Source: Balanoglossus misakiensis (Eukaryota > Animalia > Hemichordata). Taken from it: DNA of 64,000 nt. Shown one piece after another: positions 58,504 through 64,000 of this stretch. The DNA lies in contig CM082594.2 of assembly GCA_040954595.2 (NCBI GenBank), forward strand, positions 6,271,962-6,335,961. Reading direction: 5' to 3'. The notes below the pieces were generated by a model. It was not told where the DNA came from. It saw only the letters and a program-made list of their open reading frames with translations, and ran no database searches. Both the position numbers and the translations under genes were made by a program. The number at the start of each line of letters is the position of its first letter. Position 1 is the first letter of the stretch.

Positions 58504-60835
58504 AGACGATAGGCGGAGGGGCAAGACAGGATCAGAAAATCAGCATAAAAACGTCCTGAGGCAGAGCTACGCTTGCCTACTGTTTTGATCACACATACTT
58601 TTAATATTATTTTCGTTACAATCACTTTCACAAAATGACTTCACTTGCTCCAGGGAAAATAACAGCATGTGACTGTACATTAATCAAAATGCTATTTCGC
58701 GTCAACAGGGAAGCGTACCGAGATTGTTTTTACTGTGCTCTTGCCCGCGGTCATTCCTTCGTATTGTCTTATTGTTTCTCTAGTACTGGCAAGTGATGCC
58801 TTTTCAGCCGAGCAATTTTCAAGACCCGCAAATTACATATTCGAACGTCGTGAATTAGAGGTAATAAAATATCTTGAAGTAAAATAACATGAAACGGAAA
58901 CAGCTCTTAGATGTTTCTTCATTCTAAAGTGTATAACATATTTTATGCTTGTATTTTATCATGACTCTACTGTAGGATATGGAAACTCATAATCTTATAT
59001 TAAGTAGGAACAATTGATTTGCACACAGTTGTTTATTGGTAGCGATAAGATATTTAGGTAGATTAAAGGTGGATTGAGTTAGCATGGTAACAACGTGGAA
59101 GATGTAACATTAAGTAATCAGTCAGTCAAAATGGGTAGGATGAACTTTGGTGCAAGTGTTTTCGTTGGGTAATGTAAGGGTTGCAATGGGAAGCATAGAT
59201 TGAGTTGGGATGTGATGGAATTGGGTGGTATTGGACAGTTTGGGTGTCCATATGATGAATACTTGGTAGGTAATACAGAGTAGTTTGAGAGATAATATCA
59301 GATGAGCCAGGTCGGGGTCGAAGTATAAGTAATATGGAATAGGATGAATTGGATTAGATGAATATGGTTAATATATGTTTATAAAGGCTGAATAGACGGC
59401 TGGTGTGATATAGATAGTTTTGATAAGATTCCACGGACAAAGATAACACATGGCAGGAGATCAAACTGGGACACGATAGCATCTCTCACAATCTGTGTAA
59501 GGCTTATAACTTCTTATGTACCACCCATGTCGAAGCAGAATCAATAGCGTGGTAATTGCACAAACATCGCATTGCGTCCACTTTAGTTACAGAACAATAT
59601 TGCTATGCCAGATCTTGTGTTAAAAGCAACTCTGTACAGTCGTCCATCCTCTGCAGAATAATTCTTGAATATAAGTCCTCCCAGCGGAGCATCAGGTCGG
59701 CGCTTTCAATCATATTCTTTAATATATCTAATAAATGAACCACATACCAAAGCAAAATACACCCCAGGGCTGGCAACAATGTTTGCCAGGCCGCCCTTAG
59801 TTCACCAAGTCGTACAGATAATCAAGGCGCACTATAGCCACCATGTCATGTTAAAGTACATGTGATATGATAAAATATCATAGTGGGGCTGAAGTCAATT
59901 CAATTTATAATTTGTATCAAAGGGAGCTGTCAATAATGACAGCGTTAATATCTAAGGATTCCCCTTAGTTGCAAACTTCACAGGAAATTTCTGAACGCAG
60001 TAAATACAATTACTCTCTTTTTAAAGGGATTAACAAAGACATGATTAATCCGTCATCTTGCTGGAGCTGTTGAATGAGATCCATTATTGCAATATCTTGT
60101 GAGACTTGGTTAATTATTGTAGGAACGGGGTGCTAGACGAGTAACACAAAGTCAAGCTTTGTATGAAACTAGAAAAGGTGCAAAATTTATCAGAATTGTG
60201 AGTTTTGTTCTGTTTAATACGATGGGCCATATGTTGTTTTTCCTGTGTGACATGGGGATGTCCTCATATGTAAATTGCCTAGCCACGTGAGATATTGCAT
60301 GGTCTTGTGGAGTTCTGAAATGATCTATTGACCAGAAAACCAAATACCCCCATTTTAGTCAATCGAACTCGGCAGTTCCCAGTCTCTAGGAATATATGTC
60401 TCTGGAGATCACATCACTACCTTGACGTGGAAGTTACTGAACCAGGCTCTCTTGCCTATCCTTGCGGATATATCGTCTTCGTCATTATTGATGGAAAAGA
60501 CCCGAAGCTGGGAGTTAGTTACCAGTCACGTATTATGAATACTAAACCGTCTTATACTGCAGGCACTGTCGAAAATGGAATTTAGTTCACCGGTTTATGC
60601 ATTGCCTTGATTACAGTGACTTCTCAAGGAGTCGACTACATCCCGAAAAAATAAAGTGAAGTAATGGCTGGAAATCATAAATGGACAGCATTCCAGGTGA
60701 TTGGAATGACTACAAAATTTGAAATGGAATACATGTATTTCTATGCATGCATGGTGTATGACTAGCATGCCGTCAACTGTCACTCCGATCTTCTTCAGTG
60801 TTTTTGTGATTCCATTTGACCAACAGATAGACAGT

Positions 60836-60852
60836 TTGATTGATTGGGTGGG

Positions 60853-60888
<36 letters not shown>

Positions 60889-60899
60889 CGATCGATCAA
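60836..60899. repeat. (GATT)n microsatellite
   Basis: Visible array. Confidence 0.95.
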
Positions 60900-63800
60900 T
60901 CTATTGAAAGTCAGTTGTTGAATTAATGAAGAAATACTGGGGCCTGGGAACATTGCAGAACCCCCTTGACACCAGTAAATCAGTCAAGACTTTGGCGCTT
61001 GTCGCGTTGGTGTAGCCACTGTGATTACGGTCATCAACATAAATCAAACACCTGTAAGATAGTTCTGAATACGGAGCAAAGTACGATGTAATCGTCTTCG
61101 ATTCTATCCGGTGATGTAATGACTTCATAATCGACTGTGTCCTCTACTCATTTACCGCGTCATTCTCCGCGAGTGGCGCTGCGACCGTACTTTCCGTAAC
61201 GCCGCGGAAGTGTACGTGTCCCGATGATGTTTGCCTAATTGCAAAAACACTTTTTCTCCACAGTGTGTTGGACATGTAATCGAATTTTTCAAATAAGTGT
61301 CAACTTTGACTGCAGGGTGGGGTTATGAAAACTTACAATCAATCTAGGTCGTTTTACAATGGGAGTCACAAATTTCAAAGAAGAGCTGGAGAACTAACAC
61401 ATCTGTCATGCGTTAACCTTTGCTCCTGTATTTGCCGGCATATAAGGGATATTGCTCTCGTGACAGCTTCTAAATCTTTCATTATTAAAGACATACATAA
61501 CATATGAAGTCAATAAGCAATATTCTGGTTCAACATAAATAAATGTTATTAGGGTAGGAATTTGACGACACGATTGAGGCGCGAAAGCTATAGTAACATT
61601 TTAGGTTGGCACTCTTGCAGTTTGACACGTACACGTACATTCAGGTCATTCAATCTTCCACTCACAGCAGAACAGCTGACTTTCTCAATAGGTTTGCAAT
61701 CACAAAAACATGATTGCGCCGTGCGTCTTAAGTGTAATTCAGGGACTGCTCGAGCCTTCACAAAAGCTCGGGGTAGCGCGTTGAAGTAGTCGCTGAATGA
61801 TTTCCGCGATTTCACCTTGGCGTCTAATCTCAGGGGGCCGTTTTTTTCCTGTCGTAGTTGGCGATTACCGCACTGCGGAACAATGTGTATAGTTTATCTT
61901 AACAAAGTTGTGGCGCTTAATGTAATGGTCTACTTATCAGATTCGCTTCATATACTGTTCGTATCTCGAGTCCCTATCTTTGTCGCTGTAACGTACAGCG
62001 TACAAAAGGCCACGTCGTGTACTTTGTAGCGCAGAGAATCAAAGTAAAGATGTCTCTTTTCTCGCTAACTACCTACTTTGGTTGTGACGTGAAATGCAGC
62101 ATTAGGTTTGACAGTTTCAGCTGTGGGGGATTACGGTAAAGTGCAGGGGGACAGTGCTTTTTTCGCAGAGTTGCTTTTGATCGCCGCACCGAGGTGCATC
62201 TCAAGCGTGACATCTCCCTCCAAATAAGCAAATTGTCTGAGGACTCCATCAGTGTCGGCGCGACGGTCTTAAGCGTCAGACACTCCACTAACCGTGTCAA
62301 TTCCCGCACTAAAGTGTCTACGAGCGAATAGACCATCGCAGCTTAACAATCATATCTATTTCTTTCCACCTGGCCGGAGACAGCTTTAGACGAAAGCTTT
62401 TTCTTAATACCTTCAGATTAAAGTTGAAAGGTACTCAGTGACACAGATGGCCGACGAAAATAGAGCAGCTAATCCGTGTACTCAGAAAGTGTATATATAC
62501 CTGATACACTACCTCAAGCTGGTGTCAAATACATATGGTTGGTGTGTTTAAAGTGACATCTATCAAGCACTTTGCTGTACAATTAATGCCTGACGAAAAC
62601 TGAGGCATTGTTGCCAAATGTACATACGAAGGGGAATTAATTTCAATGAGGGAAATAATACTCTGATTTGACTATGTGTAAAAACGCAGACTTTCCCGAT
62701 AAGCTTTAGGAGAGAGGATTATTTGCATAATCTGTCACTTAATTATTTTGAAACAGGCATAAATCTGAAGGTGTTTCCACGAACAGTGTCATGCATCCAA
62801 TGCGTTGTAAACTATATATGGTGGGGACAACTCGTTTGTTACAATTGTCACGTCAGTAATTTCACTGGACTAGAAGAAGGATTATGACTATGTGATCCGA
62901 TACGTAGTGGGAAAGATTGATGTTCTGATTTATGAATCGTATGTTTGTTATGAATGAGTTTAACAAATGCCCTTTCCAGACACAGATGTTGGAAGATCAT
63001 TACATTACACTGTGGTTTCAGACTAGTCAGAATACATACATTTTGTTATGTTTAAGATTTGTGCTTGCTGAATGCTTGCGCCGAAAATGTAACATAACGC
63101 CCACCGTACAGTAACAAAACTGTGATCATTAAAGTCCTTAATTAGGCATGCGAGTTAGGTTCGTCCTAGCCCATCCTTTCAGGTGTACTGTTGGGGATAT
63201 AATTGACTTGCACGCAATCAGCGCATCATTGCAATTATTGTCGCATGATGTTGACGTTTGTCCTAGATAAGTTTTATGTAGTATGTTCTTTTGAGTCTGA
63301 AGGACAGGTGGTAGAATACAGCTTCGAAGAATGTACCTGAAAATCGTGTGACATTCGGTAGATCTTTCAAAAGAGGTATGCGCTGTCAAAATCTGTAAGG
63401 CACGGAACCTCTGAGAAAATGTCTACTTTTGGCAGCATTTCTTTCTTCTTGTACATGCAGACTGGCTGTTTTGTTTCAATGTAATCATTTTGAATCAGTA
63501 AAGCACGATGCTCAATCACGGAGAAAGACAGCGCACGTACTCCACAAAGAACTCTGAAACAAATCACTGTGGCTGATTTGCAAATTCACACGCCCCGAAC
63601 TTAGTACTCATTCTGATAAGTAAGTACTTGTTACAAGGAATACATGTTTTCGGCTTTCACAAATCAACGCCTAAAACCCTGCGGGAATTTCTCTAACTGA
63701 TAAGCTTAAACAGGAATGTTGGAAGTCGCGAACGTATTTTCCCTTGTTTAAACAAGATCTAATTCAAGGAATGACCGAAATGTTCGTGTGAACTGGTTAA

Positions 63801-64000
63801 TGGGGGTCTCAAATGATATTGGTCTATGGCACTGTTGACGTATAACAACACGAGGTCTGCGCGGATATTATTTTTCAAACATTGGTATGAAGTATAAAAT
63901 TTCAAAACCATGCAATTCGCATGTTTCTGTCATTGTGAGTACGCTGTTGGACACTTTCTACGGAACATTGCGAGCATACATCGGATGGTGAGAAAGAAAC

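Noticed and set aside
62073-62336. 87-aa minus-strand ORF ending at a possible donor
   Set aside because: It has no family motifs, and its phase is incompatible with gene B.

Overview
This is eukaryotic, intron-rich genomic DNA. The gene content and repeats suggest an invertebrate animal, but the taxon cannot be fixed from the sequence. The window holds parts of two tandem, minus-strand receptor guanylyl cyclase (natriuretic-peptide-receptor-like) genes. Gene B (39651->22535) was reconstructed by hand as 20 phase-compatible GT-AG exons (about 830 codons). They encode the C-terminal half of the extracellular domain, a TM helix, a pseudokinase domain, a dimerisation helix and a GTP-specific cyclase. 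Its large first coding exon was not found in the 24 kb upstream. Gene A contributes only its first coding exon (1508->806: signal peptide plus the N-terminal half of the ANF-receptor domain) and continues off the left edge. Between and within the genes lie decayed LINE fragments, several MITE-like elements, a perfect 484-bp tandem duplication, micro- and minisatellites, and a plus-strand run of splice-site-bounded segments with weak SWIM/YqaJ-like traces. I found no rRNA, tRNA, CRISPR array or prokaryotic system. The most interesting leads are all hypotheses: a hairpin 7 nt after gene B's stop codon, possible frameshifting cassette exons that would give a cyclase-less receptor, and RFX X-box-like motifs.
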